A stretch of 64,000 nucleotides of DNA, taken from assembly GCA_963815115.1 (NCBI GenBank), contig CAWFFN010000009.1:1824001-1888000 (forward strand), given 5' to 3'. Under the pieces are notes generated by a model. That model had not been told where the DNA came from. It searched no databases and worked only from the letters and a program-made list of their open reading frames with translations. Below are positions 11,382 through 21,383 of this stretch, one piece after another. The translations under genes were made by a program, and so were the position numbers. This DNA comes from an uncultured delta proteobacterium (GTDB lineage: Bacteria; Desulfobacterota; Binatia; DP-6). The first letter of the stretch is position 1. Every line of letters starts with the position of its first letter.

Positions 11382-12926
11382 CTATCCGGCCAGAGCCGCC
11401 GCCGTCGCCTCGCGCGCCTCGAGGTCGGCGATGGCGACGTCGAGGTGGAGGCGCAGCCCGCGCACGTAGTCGTACAGCGCCTGGTGCACGACCACGAGCG
11501 TGACCGCGTCGACGAACATCGACGGCCGCCGGAGCAGCGTCGCCGCGATCAACGAGAACGTGAACCACGCCCGGCGCGGGCTCGCGCGAACGACCGTGCG
11601 CCACATGATGCGGACGAAGAGGCGCAGATCTTCACGGCCGAGCTCGAGACCGTGGCCGACCTCGCGTCCCTTGCCGAGGAGATAGGCCAGGGCGCGGCGG
11701 CGGTAGAGGCGGAAGTCGTACAGCTTCGTCACCAGCTCCCGGTAGCCCCGGTAGAGCTCGAGCCGGGTCATGCCGCGCGGCAGGATGTTCGAGAACACGA
11801 ACTGGTCGCCGGTGGTCTCGCCGACCAGCCGCCCCTCGGCCGCGACCCGGGCGTGCAGCGGGGTCTTCGGCAGCGCCTGCAGCATGCCCGTCATCGACAC
11901 CGGGATGCGGGCGTCCTGGATGAAGCGCAGCTGCTCCTCGAAGATGGTCGCGTCGTCGTGGTCGAAGCCGACGATCATGCCGGCCTGCACCTGGATGCCG
12001 TAGGACTGCACCTTGCGGACGTTCGCCACCAGGTCGCCGCGCAGGTTCTGCGTCTTGCGCGTCTCCTCGAGCGAGGACGCCCGCGGGCTCTCGATGCCGA
12101 TGAAGACCGTGGTGAAGTGCGCCGCTCGGAGCAGCGCGAGGAGCTCGTCGTCCTGCGCCACGTTGAGCGACACCTCGGTGTTGAAGTGGATGGGATGTCC
12201 GCGTGCCGCACTCCACTCGGCGATCGCCCGCAGGAGGTCCTTGGCGAGCTTCTTGTTGCCGATGAAGTTGTCGTCCACCAGGAACACCTGCTTGGCCCCG
12301 AGCCGGTGGCACTCCTCGATCTCGGCCATCACCTGGGCGACCGACTTGGCGCGCGGCCGGCGCCCGTAGACCACGATGATGTCGCAGAACTCGCAGTTGA
12401 ACGGGCAGCCGCGCGCGAACTGGATGGTGAGGGCGTGATAGCGGTCGACGTGGAGCAGGTCGAAGCGCGGCATGGGCGCCGTCGTCAGGTCGGGCTTCTC
12501 CTCCGGGCGGTACTCGGCCTGCCAGGCGCCGGCTGCGAAGTCGCGCAGGAACTTCGGCCAGGTCTCCTCCGCCTCGTCGACGAAGAGCACGTCGCAGCGG
12601 CCGCGCAGCTCCTCCGGACAGAGCGACGCGTACGGGCCGCCGATGACGACGAAGCGTCCGCGCCGCCGGAAGGCCTCCGCCAGCTCGAGCATGCGCTCGC
12701 GATGGACGATGTAGCCCGTGATTCCGACGATGTCGGCGTCGACGTCGAGATCGACCTCCTCGACGTTCTCGTCGCACAGGATCACCTCGTGCTCGCGGGG
12801 CGTGAGCCCGCCGAGCGTCGGCATCGAGAGATTGGGAAAGATGCAGCGCTTCCCGAGCGCCGGCAGCACGTGGTCGTAGGTCCAGAAGCTCTGGGGATTC
12901 CGGGGCGTCACCAGGTAGATGCGCAC
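11382..12926 (-). CDS. B12-binding-domain radical SAM protein (DUF4070-type C-terminus)
   Basis: N-terminal cobalamin-binding domain (DENVE, IGGPYASL), RGCPFNCEFC, DDNF, GIESP; GTG start after a GGAGGG RBS. Confidence 0.9.
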   Translation of the reverse strand: MRIYLVTPRNPQSFWTYDHVLPALGKRCIFPNLSMPTLGGLTPREHEVILCDENVEEVDLDVDADIVGITGYIVHRERMLELAEAFRRRGRFVVIGGPYASLCPEELRGRCDVLFVDEAEETWPKFLRDFAAGAWQAEYRPEEKPDLTTAPMPRFDLLHVDRYHALTIQFARGCPFNCEFCDIIVVYGRRPRAKSVAQVMAEIEECHRLGAKQVFLVDDNFIGNKKLAKDLLRAIAEWSAARGHPIHFNTEVSLNVAQDDELLALLRAAHFTTVFIGIESPRASSLEETRKTQNLRGDLVANVRKVQSYGIQVQAGMIVGFDHDDATIFEEQLRFIQDARIPVSMTGMLQALPKTPLHARVAAEGRLVGETTGDQFVFSNILPRGMTRLELYRGYRELVTKLYDFRLYRRRALAYLLGKGREVGHGLELGREDLRLFVRIMWRTVVRASPRRAWFTFSLIAATLLRRPSMFVDAVTLVVVHQALYDYVRGLRLHLDVAIADLEAREATAAALAG

Positions 12927-13113
12927 GACCTTCCCTCCGCAGCGGGGGTTGCCCGCTCCTGTGCGCTTCTGGTGCAGGTTGGTCCCGCTGTCAATGGTAC
13001 CCGGACGACGAGGTGCGGCATGACCGCCGGGTCCGATGACCGGATTCGTGGGGCCACTGTCCTTGCGGCCGGGAGCGGTGGTTACTAGCGTGTGACGAGG
13101 AGGAGGACGACCG

Positions 13114-13737
13114 ATGAACGACAAGACCACTCGCACGCTCGGCGCGTTGCTCTACGAGGACTTCGAGCTGCTCGATCTCTTCGGGCCGCTCGAGATGTTC
13201 GGCAACATGCAGGGCGCCGTGGAGGTGCGGACCGTGGCCGAGCGAGCCGGCCTCGTGCGCAGCGCCCAGGGTCCCCGGGTGCACGCCGACCACGGCCTCG
13301 CCGACTGCCCGCCCCTCGATATGCTGCTCGTGCCGGGTGGCATCGGTACCCGGGCGCAGGTGGAGAACGCGCCCCTGGTCGACTGGCTCCGGGCGCGCGC
13401 CGGCGACCTCGAGGTTGCCATGACGGTGTGCACCGGGACGGCGCTCCTGGCGGAGGCCGGGCTGCTCGACGGGCGGCGCGCGACCACCAACAAGATGTTC
13501 TTCGCATGGCCGGAGAGCACCTGGCCCGCGGTGCGCTGGGTGCGCGCGGCGCGCTGGGTCGAGGACGGGAAGTTCTGGACCTCGTCCGGGGTGGCGGCGG
13601 GGATCGACATGTCGCTCGCCGTGGTGGCGCGGCTCGCCGGCCAGCAGACCGCCGACTTCCTCGCCACCGCCACCGAGTACGACTGGCACCGCGATGCCGA
13701 CTGGGACCCCTTCGCCCGCGTGCACGGCCTGGTGTGA
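13114..13737 (+). CDS. DJ-1/PfpI family protein (isonitrile hydratase-like)
   Basis: FELLDLFGP, LLVPGG, VCTG (nucleophile Cys), TSSGVAAGIDM; GGAGGAGG RBS. Confidence 0.9.
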   Translation: MNDKTTRTLGALLYEDFELLDLFGPLEMFGNMQGAVEVRTVAERAGLVRSAQGPRVHADHGLADCPPLDMLLVPGGIGTRAQVENAPLVDWLRARAGDLEVAMTVCTGTALLAEAGLLDGRRATTNKMFFAWPESTWPAVRWVRAARWVEDGKFWTSSGVAAGIDMSLAVVARLAGQQTADFLATATEYDWHRDADWDPFARVHGLV

Positions 13738-13941
13738 TCCGACGTCTGCGTCGGGCGCCGACCCCGCGCCCGATTGCCAAGCCCCCGGGCGGGCGCTAGG
13801 GAAAAGGCGGGCATGAGGAGGGGTCAGGGATGAAGCGAGCTTTCCCGCTGGCGGTCGTGCTCGCGGCGCTCGCAGCGCGACCGCTCGGGGCGGCGGTCTC
13901 CCGCGCGGGACGGCATTCGCGCTAGCGCTGGGCGGCGCGCA

Positions 13942-14922
13942 GTGAGGCGAGCGCTCCGGGCCGCGACGGCGATCGTGCTTCTCGCCGTGGTGCTGTGGTG
14001 GAGCCTCGCCCTCCATTTCCGGCTCCCGGGCCCGTCCTGGCTGGCGACGGCGGTCGCGCTCCTCTACGCGCTGGCAGCCGTCGTCGTCCTGGTGCGCTGG
14101 CGGCCGTACTGGCGCGCCGTCGCGCTGGTGCTGGCGTCGTTCGGTCTCCTGCTCGTGTGGTGGAGTACGCTCCGCCCCGCGAACGATCTCGACTGGGCGC
14201 CGGAGTATGCCCACATCCCGTACGGCGAGCTCGAAGGCGATCGCCTGGTGATGCACAACATACGCGTCTTCGACTACCGGACCGAGAGCGATTTCACGCC
14301 CCACTGGGAGGATCGCACGTACGATCTTTCGCGGCTGCACGAACTGGACCTGTTCATGTCATACTGGGGCTCGCCATGGATGGCCCACACCATTCTCAGC
14401 TGGGTGTTCGAGGACGGCCCGCCGCTCGCCATCTCCATCGAGACGCGCCGGACGCGCACCCAGCAGTACTCGGCCATCCGGGGATTCTTTCGCGAATACG
14501 AGATCTGCTACGTGGCGGCGGACGAGCGAGACCTGGTCGGGCTGCGCACGAACTACCGGGGGGAGCAGGTGTATCTCTACCGCCTGCGGACGCCGCCGGA
14601 GCGCGCGCGCGCCATCCTGCTGGACTACCTCGCCAGCATGAACGCGCTCGTGAAGGAGCCGGCGTGGTACAACGCCCTCACGGACAACTGCACGACCTCG
14701 ATCCGGACGCATCTCAAGCACCTCGCCCTCGCGCAGCCCTTCGACTGGCGTCTTCTCGCCAATGGCTACGCGGACCAGATGCTCTACGAGCGGGGGGTCC
14801 TGGACACGCGGATCCCGTTCGAGGAGCTGAGGGCGCAGTGTCTCATCGTCCCCAAGGCGCAGGCGGGAGGCGACGGAGCGGGGTTCTCCGCGCGCATCCG
14901 GGAGGGTGTGCCGCGCCCGTGA
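13942..14922 (+). CDS. DUF4105 (Lnb N-terminal-like) membrane protein
   Basis: Three N-terminal TM segments, AHTILSW, SIETRR, YNALTDNCTT. Confidence 0.85.
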   Translation: MRRALRAATAIVLLAVVLWWSLALHFRLPGPSWLATAVALLYALAAVVVLVRWRPYWRAVALVLASFGLLLVWWSTLRPANDLDWAPEYAHIPYGELEGDRLVMHNIRVFDYRTESDFTPHWEDRTYDLSRLHELDLFMSYWGSPWMAHTILSWVFEDGPPLAISIETRRTRTQQYSAIRGFFREYEICYVAADERDLVGLRTNYRGEQVYLYRLRTPPERARAILLDYLASMNALVKEPAWYNALTDNCTTSIRTHLKHLALAQPFDWRLLANGYADQMLYERGVLDTRIPFEELRAQCLIVPKAQAGGDGAGFSARIREGVPRP

Positions 14923-14956
14923 TCGAGAGCACGAGGAGCACAGGGAGGAACGAGCG

Positions 14957-15415
14957 ATGCCAATGATCGGACGGATCGGGATCGTGGCCGCCGTCACCGC
15001 CGGGCTGCTGGTGGGTGGGGCGGACGCGAGGACACGACGGCGTTCGAGCGGGGAGCAGCCGTCGGGTACGCTCCGGCTGGAGAGCAAGTCGGTGGCGGTC
15101 GGGGTCGGCTTCCAGTGGGGCAGCGGCACGTTGCGCTTCCGGGGCAGAAACTATCCCTTCAAGGTCGACGGGCTGTCGGTGAATGCCGTCGGCGTCTCGG
15201 CGAGCGATGCGACCGGCTACGTCTACCACCTGAAGAACCTGAGCGACTTCGACGGCACCTACACCGCGATCGAGGCATCGGGAACGGTCGGCGGTGGCAA
15301 GGGCATCTCCACCATGCGGAACGGGAATGGCGTCCGCGTGACGCTCCACTCGACGAGCCAGGGCGTCGAGTTGAAAGCGGCGCCCGAGGGAGTCAAGTTC
15401 ACGCTCCAGCGCTGA
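14957..15415 (+). CDS. Exported beta-rich protein (DUF1134/EipA-like)
   Basis: Signal peptide; GVGFQWGSGTL and DFDGTY, MRNGNGV motifs; GGAGG RBS. Confidence 0.65.
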   Translation: MPMIGRIGIVAAVTAGLLVGGADARTRRRSSGEQPSGTLRLESKSVAVGVGFQWGSGTLRFRGRNYPFKVDGLSVNAVGVSASDATGYVYHLKNLSDFDGTYTAIEASGTVGGGKGISTMRNGNGVRVTLHSTSQGVELKAAPEGVKFTLQR

Positions 15416-15441
15416 GCGACGGCCGGGGGGAGGAGGTGGAC

Positions 15442-16239
15442 ATGAGACGCGCTGCGATGCGGGCGACCATGCTGCTCGCCGCCGCGGTGATGTGCGCGTG
15501 CGGGCCGACGTCGCCACCGCGGCAGGCTCCCGCGCCGGCGGGCGCGATGGTGCGGATCGGGACGTCGCCGGATGCGCCTCCCATCTCCTTCGTGCGCAAC
15601 GGCCGGCTCACGGGCATCGAGCCCGACCTGGCCCAGGCGCTCGCGGACCAGCTGCGCCGGCCGGTGCAGCTGGTCCCGATGCGCTGGGACGAACTCGTTC
15701 CCGCGCTGCTGCGCGGGAGCATCGACATCATCATGTCGGGCATGACGGTGACCACCGCGCGTCAGGTTCGCGTCGCCTTCGGCGATTCCTACCTGCAGTC
15801 GGGACTGGTGCCGGTCGTCCGGAGTGACTCGGTCGCCAAGTACGGCACCCTGGAGGCCATCCGGCAGGCACCCGCAAACGTCGGCATCCGTGCGAACTCG
15901 ACCGCCGATCGCTGGGTGCGCGACAACCTGCGCTTCGCGACCGTGGTCCCGTATCCCAACCTCGAGGATGCGGCGCGGGAGCTGGCGCAGGGCCGGCTGG
16001 ACATGTTCGTCACCGACATCCCGATCGCGGCCTGGATGGTGTCCCAGCACGAGGGGTCGCTCCAGCTGGTACGGATCCGGCTCACCCGCGAGGACATCGC
16101 CTGGGCGTTCCGTCTGAACGACCCGCAGCTCCGCGCCACGGCGAACGCCGCCCTCGCGCGCCTGCGTCAGGACGGCACCCTGCGCACGATCCTGCAGCGC
16201 TGGCTGCCCTACCTGAGCGACCTCGAGCGCTGGCGGTGA
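15442..16239 (+). CDS. Amino-acid ABC transporter substrate-binding lipoprotein (family 3)
   Basis: Lipobox MCAC; GIEPDLA, WDELVPALLRGSIDIIMSGMTVT..R; AGGAGG RBS. Confidence 0.88.
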   Translation: MRRAAMRATMLLAAAVMCACGPTSPPRQAPAPAGAMVRIGTSPDAPPISFVRNGRLTGIEPDLAQALADQLRRPVQLVPMRWDELVPALLRGSIDIIMSGMTVTTARQVRVAFGDSYLQSGLVPVVRSDSVAKYGTLEAIRQAPANVGIRANSTADRWVRDNLRFATVVPYPNLEDAARELAQGRLDMFVTDIPIAAWMVSQHEGSLQLVRIRLTREDIAWAFRLNDPQLRATANAALARLRQDGTLRTILQRWLPYLSDLERWR

Positions 16240-16637
16240 TGCGAGCGAAGGTCCATCTGCTGCTCGCCGTCGCCGCCCTCGGGTTGAGCGGCTGCCCCCT
16301 GCCGCAGCCCCCGCTGCCGTCCAGCCAGGCCCCGGGCGTATGGGCCGCCCGCGTGCCGGGGCCCGACGGCGGAGCGCGCATCGTCACCCTCTGGCTCCAG
16401 TCCGGCGGCGTGGCGACGCTGGAGACCGTCGACATCGGCAAGGAGCGACTGCCGGTGGTGCACGGGGTGTGGTCCGCCACCGGCGACGAGGTGACGGTGC
16501 AGCTCCGTGGCGAGGACGGCCAGCCGAGCGGCGCACCGCTGGTCTACACCATCGCGCCCGATCACCTGGAGCCCAAGCAATGGGACCGCGACGTCTACGG
16601 TCCGACCGGGCTTCCGCTCACGCGGCGCAGGAGATAG
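16236..16637 (+). CDS. Lipoprotein (NlpE N-terminal-like beta-barrel)
   Basis: Lipobox LSGC; beta-strand-rich sequence; overlaps the upstream stop codon. Confidence 0.6.
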   Translation: MMRAKVHLLLAVAALGLSGCPLPQPPLPSSQAPGVWAARVPGPDGGARIVTLWLQSGGVATLETVDIGKERLPVVHGVWSATGDEVTVQLRGEDGQPSGAPLVYTIAPDHLEPKQWDRDVYGPTGLPLTRRRR

Positions 16638-17195
16638 CTAGCGTGCCGGCGGCGGGGTCGGCTCGACGGCGGCGGGCTCCCCGGCGCGCCTCTGCACCCA
16701 TTGCCAGGTGCCGTCGGCCTGCTGCTGCTCGATCCATTCACCGGGAAAGGCGCGCTGGCGCCAGAGCGCAGCCTGGTCCGCCTCGATACGCGACACCGCC
16801 ACGCGGTGCTCCGCGGCGAGCATCCGCATGAGGGCCTTGCGATCGGCATTCTCGGCCTCGACCACCTGCTCCACGCGTTCGCCGTAGGGTCCCCCCGGCC
16901 GTTCCCGGATCGTGAGCAGCCCGTAGTGGTTCTCGCCCACGATGCGCGAGTTCTTGAAGCGCTGGATCTCCGGCATCCGATCACGGCGGCGGCTCTCGAG
17001 TGTCGCGTTGGCGGTGTCCTCCTCGGGCTCGGCGGGTTTTTCCGGGGTGTCGTCTCCCGTCTGCTTCGCATGCTGATAGATGTCGACCCGCATCGAGACG
17101 TCGACCTTGAGCGGCCGCGGCGTGGACACGTGGACCGGCACCCCGAAGCAGCCGCCGAGCACGACGGCGAGACCCGCCAGCGCTCCGCGTCTCAT
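16638..17195 (-). CDS. YnbE-like lipoprotein fused to a YdbL/DUF1318 domain
   Basis: Lipobox LGGC then PLKVDVSMRVDIY (YnbE-like); VGENHYGLL, ENADR, GEWIEQ..GTWQ (DUF1318-like). Confidence 0.75.
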   Translation of the reverse strand: MRRGALAGLAVVLGGCFGVPVHVSTPRPLKVDVSMRVDIYQHAKQTGDDTPEKPAEPEEDTANATLESRRRDRMPEIQRFKNSRIVGENHYGLLTIRERPGGPYGERVEQVVEAENADRKALMRMLAAEHRVAVSRIEADQAALWRQRAFPGEWIEQQQADGTWQWVQRRAGEPAAVEPTPPPAR

Positions 17196-19864
17196 TCACT
17201 TCCCCCCGTCGCCGCCGCCGCGGCAGGGGCGTCCTGCCCATAGTGAATCTCGATCTGGCGCGCTCCCCGCGGCCCGTCCAGCGAGAGCTTCGCCTCCCCG
17301 CGGTAGTCGGCGAAGTCGAGCGAGCCCTCGCCACTCGTGTAGGGGTAGTCGCTCAACGTCTCGACGGCGATGCGCGCGAGATCGCGCTGCCACCCGGAGG
17401 TGCCCGGCGGGAGGCGATGGAGGACCTCGCCCAGCTCGGGGAAGCTCACGTGCCCGGGACGGTCGAGGCTGAGCGTGCCGTTGGCGCGATCGAGGCGCTC
17501 GCCCAGCACATCGGCCGTCGCGCTCAGGTTCGCCAGGCCGGTCATCGCGAGGTGCTTTCCCGCCACCGCGGCGCCGAACGGCTCGAGGTCGAGGTCGGTG
17601 GCGGCGACCCAACCGGAGATGGCTCCCGCGGTGAAGGGGAGGTTGCCGCCGCCGTTGACGTAGCCCGAGTAGGCGCCGCCGCCCAGGGTGCCGCTGAGGC
17701 CGTTCTGGTCGAACGTCGCGGCGAGCCAGCCATCGCGCACGCTGTAGTTGCGCCAGCGGATCTCCGCCACCCGCAGGGTGTTCACCACGTTGTCCTTCAC
17801 GTTCCCGGGCGGATAGTCGAAGCGCAACTCGCCTTCCACGTCCAGGAAGGCAAGGTCGAGGCCAGGGAAGTCGTAGCTCTGCTTGGGCACCCGCAGCGCC
17901 GCCCCGAGTCGAAGGGTGGCGAGGTCGCCCAGCGAGACGTTGGTGGCATCCGTCGTGAACCCGAGGGGCAGACCGACACGGTCGACGCCCTTGAAGGTGA
18001 GGACCAGGCGGCCGAAGTCGGCCCGCAGGGTGCGCACCGTCCACGGCCGTTCATGTCCGCTGTCGCCGGCGGCGGTGCGCGAGGCGTTCATGTACCAGAT
18101 CAGGTCTTCGCCCAGGTAGATGGTGGGAGAGAGCACGAGGAGCGAGGTGATCTGCCGGTCGAGCACCCCCGCCATCGTGAACTCGACGAACATGCTGCCG
18201 ATGTGCACCACCTGCCGGAACGGATCCAGCGGCGAGAAGAGCGTGAAGCCGGCCAGCTCGATCCGTTGCGGCGTGCGCGCCTTCGCCAGCCCGTGCGCAG
18301 ACAGCGGGACGTCGCGGAGCCTGGTGTGGACCTCGAGCGTGACGTCGGGAATCTGCGGCCCGAGCTCCGCCAGGCGCACGCCGAGCTGCCCGATGTCGAG
18401 CACGCCGACGGACCAGATCGCCGCGCCCAGCCTCCGCGTGGGGCCACCGCCGGCCCCGGAGAGCCAGTCCCGGAGCGCGCTGTCGAACACCAGCGTCCCG
18501 CGCTCGATCGCGACGCGCGCGAGCTGCCGGTGCTCGAGGAGTCCGTCGACGGTGAAGTCGACACGGGCGTCGTCGACGACGAGCCACGTCGGCCGGCGGC
18601 GCGGTCTGACCTTGAGCTCGTGCAGTCGCACGTGCTGCGGTCGTCGGGTCTCCGCGGCGCCGGTTCCGAGCTCGCGCAGATCGAACGTGAAGCCGCCGAC
18701 CACACCCGGCAGGTCCCCGGACGCGGCCATCTGGAGCCGTCCATCGTGGGTCGCCAGCCGTCCGATCGTCCAACCGGGCGCCGCGGATCCGGGGTGCGCG
18801 GCGCCGGCGAACGAGGGCAGACGCTCGCCCACCGAGAGGAGCGGCGTGATCAACCTGACCTCGTCGATGCGCCGCTCGAGGACACCAGCCACGCGGAACC
18901 CGGCTCGGACCGCGGCGATCGTGACGAGCACGTCGCCCTCGGAGGGCGTCACGCGAACGTCCTGCAAGGCGAGGCGATGGGGTTGCTGCGCCCGCTCGGG
19001 ATCGAGCCCGAGCTCGCGCAGGTCGGCGGCGAAGCCGAAGTCGACGCCGGGGAGGTCGCCCGCGGGCGGCATCGACAGGTATCCATCCCGGGCGACCAGC
19101 CGTCCGAGGGTCCACGCGTGAGCGGCCGACGCGCCTTCCCCGCCGGCGAACGCCGGCAGCGTCCCGGGCAGCGACAGCCGCGGTGAGTCGAGACGCGCCT
19201 CCTCGATCCGCTGCCGCTCGAGCACGCCCGCCAGGCTGAAGGCGACGCCGGCCGAACGCGCGTCGAGGACGGGCGCGCCGCTCGCCAGCGTGGCGCGGAC
19301 GTCGCGCAGCGACACGTGATGGATGCGGCCGGCGCGATCCGGATCCGGTCCGAGCTCCCGGAGATCGAGTGCGAAGCCGAAGGCGACGCCGGGCAGGTCG
19401 CCGGACGGCAGCATGGAGAACTTGCCCTCGGCGGTGGCGAGCCGGCCGATCGACCAGGTGCTCTCGCTCGCGTGCCCCGGCGCGCCGCCCGACGCGAAGA
19501 GCGTGGGCAGCGTCTCGGGAAGGGAGATGACGGGCCCGGCCAGCCGCACGTCTTCGATCCGACGCTGGCTCAGCTCCCACGGGGAAAATCGCACGACGAC
19601 CCGCGGCGCCGTGAGCAGCGGCACGGTCTCGCCGCGCGCCCGGACCTGCACGTCGCGCAGGTCGAGGCGGCCGTAGCCGAGCCGGGCCGCACCCACCACG
19701 AGCTCCATCCCCGGAACCAGGCGCGTGACCGTGTGGGCGAGGATGCCGGGGAGGTCGTCGAGCGCGAGCTGGAGCGCCAGCCCGCCGATCCCCAGGATCG
19801 CGACGAAGCCGCAGATGGCGCGGACGATCGCGCGTGCGGCTCGGAAGCGCGCGGACGGGGTCAG
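17192..19864 (-). CDS. AsmA/YdbH-like membrane-anchored periplasmic bridge protein with internal repeats
   Basis: Long beta-strand-rich ORF coupled to ynbE/ydbL by an ATGA overlap; a TM anchor lies in-frame upstream of ATG 19708, so a CTG start at 19864 is inferred. Confidence 0.7.
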   Translation of the reverse strand: MTPSARFRAARAIVRAICGFVAILGIGGLALQLALDDLPGILAHTVTRLVPGMELVVGAARLGYGRLDLRDVQVRARGETVPLLTAPRVVVRFSPWELSQRRIEDVRLAGPVISLPETLPTLFASGGAPGHASESTWSIGRLATAEGKFSMLPSGDLPGVAFGFALDLRELGPDPDRAGRIHHVSLRDVRATLASGAPVLDARSAGVAFSLAGVLERQRIEEARLDSPRLSLPGTLPAFAGGEGASAAHAWTLGRLVARDGYLSMPPAGDLPGVDFGFAADLRELGLDPERAQQPHRLALQDVRVTPSEGDVLVTIAAVRAGFRVAGVLERRIDEVRLITPLLSVGERLPSFAGAAHPGSAAPGWTIGRLATHDGRLQMAASGDLPGVVGGFTFDLRELGTGAAETRRPQHVRLHELKVRPRRRPTWLVVDDARVDFTVDGLLEHRQLARVAIERGTLVFDSALRDWLSGAGGGPTRRLGAAIWSVGVLDIGQLGVRLAELGPQIPDVTLEVHTRLRDVPLSAHGLAKARTPQRIELAGFTLFSPLDPFRQVVHIGSMFVEFTMAGVLDRQITSLLVLSPTIYLGEDLIWYMNASRTAAGDSGHERPWTVRTLRADFGRLVLTFKGVDRVGLPLGFTTDATNVSLGDLATLRLGAALRVPKQSYDFPGLDLAFLDVEGELRFDYPPGNVKDNVVNTLRVAEIRWRNYSVRDGWLAATFDQNGLSGTLGGGAYSGYVNGGGNLPFTAGAISGWVAATDLDLEPFGAAVAGKHLAMTGLANLSATADVLGERLDRANGTLSLDRPGHVSFPELGEVLHRLPPGTSGWQRDLARIAVETLSDYPYTSGEGSLDFADYRGEAKLSLDGPRGARQIEIHYGQDAPAAAAATGGSE

Positions 19865-20319
19865 CCGAGGATGTTCTTGAGCAGGCTGGCCCCGGCCTGG
19901 GCAAGCTGGTTCTGCTGCGGCACCTGGCCCTGCGGGGTGAGCCGATCGATCAGCTGCGGAAGCAGCAGGGCGATCAGCGACGAGCCCTGCTGCGGCGGCA
20001 CGCCGGCCTGTTGGGCCATCTGCGTGACCTCGTCGCGGCCGAGGACCTGCTGGAGAGCGTTCGGGTCGATGGGTTGATTCTGACCGGTGCTCACCCAGGA
20101 GTTGAGCACGTCACCGAGGCCGTTCTGCTGGAAGCGCTGGGCGAGACCCTGCAGTCCTCCGATCCGGGGGTCGTTCAGCATGGCGATGACCGCCTGCGCG
20201 AGACCGGACAGCTGACTCAGATCCACCTGACCCGGCGCGCCCTGGCCAGGGGCCATCTGACCCTGACCCCGCTGGTCCTGGTTCACGATGCTACCGAGGA
20301 GCTGCTCGAGAAGTCCCAT
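19861..20319 (-). CDS. YidB/DUF937 family protein
   Basis: GGLQGLAQRFQQNGLGDVLNSWVSTGQNQPI and LLPQLIDRLTPQG motifs; GGAGG RBS. Confidence 0.9.
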   Translation of the reverse strand: MGLLEQLLGSIVNQDQRGQGQMAPGQGAPGQVDLSQLSGLAQAVIAMLNDPRIGGLQGLAQRFQQNGLGDVLNSWVSTGQNQPIDPNALQQVLGRDEVTQMAQQAGVPPQQGSSLIALLLPQLIDRLTPQGQVPQQNQLAQAGASLLKNILG

Positions 20320-20564
20320 GGCTGCCTCCCTTGGGCGGTCGCTGTCTCTCCGCCGCTAGTCTCCCGTCCGCGCTCTTTCAACCCTCCTCCGCCGCGGGGT
20401 CGGCTTCCCACGACCGATCCGTCGCGCCGGCGCGGATCGACCACAGCACCTGGCGCGTCGCCGAGATCCTGTCGCTGGTTCCTCACTCTGCTTCTCACCT
20501 AACGATGCAGCATGCTGCGCATGACCTGCCGGGCCTGACCCGCGTCGTGCCCGCCGGAGATCGT

Positions 20565-20697
20565 TTGACAGCCGGACGCGGCCGGCATAGTTATCGACCT
20601 TCGGTTGAGTCGCTAGCGGCAGCACCCGAACCACCCCGCGGACGCTGGCCTCCGTGCGGCGGCGTCAGGCCGAGGCCACGACCCAGGAGGTCAATCG
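20565..20697 (+). promoter_or_regulatory. Sigma-70-like promoter and structured 5' leader
   Basis: TTGACA at 20565, TAGTTA 17 nt later, CGAC...GAGTCGCTA hairpin, TGGCCTC/GAGGCCA stem, AGGAGG RBS. Confidence 0.55.
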
Positions 20698-21123
20698 ATG
20701 GCTGCTCCGCGCGGCGCGTTTTCGCGCCCATTCGTTCATACCCCGCCACCACGCGCGCATGGTGACGGCCACGTCTTGGCCGTGGGGTGGCGAGTGCTGG
20801 TCGCGGCACCGGCGGGTCGGGGACATCGCGTCACGCTGACCGAAAGCGACGGAACCACGGCCACGTCGACGGTGCCCGACGGGGCCGAGGTCGAGATCCT
20901 GGCCTGGCGACCGCGCCGGTCCGGCTCCACGCTCTACCACGTCCAGCCCACCGGCGGCGGGACGGCCGGCTGGCTCACCGGCGCCAGCCTGAAGCACCGC
21001 CCCACGCTCCCGGCGGCGAAGGTGAAGGTCCAGTCGATCGCGGTAGCTCGCCCGCAGCCCCCTGCGAAGAGCGCCGCCAGCAAGACGGCCAAGCGCCCGG
21101 CCAAGTCCAAGACCGCCCGCTGA
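20698..21123 (+). CDS. Hypothetical protein, SH3-like core with basic Lys/Ala tail
   Basis: Strong RBS; VPDGAEVEIL...YHVQ...GWL pattern typical of SH3b-like barrels (inference). Confidence 0.65.
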   Translation: MAAPRGAFSRPFVHTPPPRAHGDGHVLAVGWRVLVAAPAGRGHRVTLTESDGTTATSTVPDGAEVEILAWRPRRSGSTLYHVQPTGGGTAGWLTGASLKHRPTLPAAKVKVQSIAVARPQPPAKSAASKTAKRPAKSKTAR

Positions 21124-21133
21124 GGAGGTTACG

Positions 21134-21331
21134 ATGGCGTCCGCCAGGTTTGGCCCGTGCCCTCACTGCAAGACCCCGCTCTCCTTTCTCGAGGGGGTGA
21201 GCGGAAGTACGCTGAACCCGAAGTGCCCGCGCTGCCAGGCGGTGGTGAGTGTCACCCGGGCGACCTTCCTGATGGCCGATCACTCGCGGCCACGAGCGGC
21301 AGCGTCCGACGACTTGAAGCCCACGTCCTGA
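21134..21331 (+). CDS. Small zinc-ribbon protein
   Basis: CPHC and CPRC knuckles; GAGGAGG RBS. Confidence 0.65.
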   Translation: MASARFGPCPHCKTPLSFLEGVSGSTLNPKCPRCQAVVSVTRATFLMADHSRPRAAASDDLKPTS

Positions 21332-21383
21332 CCCCGCGCGACCGTCTGGGTGACCCCGCCGCGCCCCCGGCGAGCCGGCTGGG

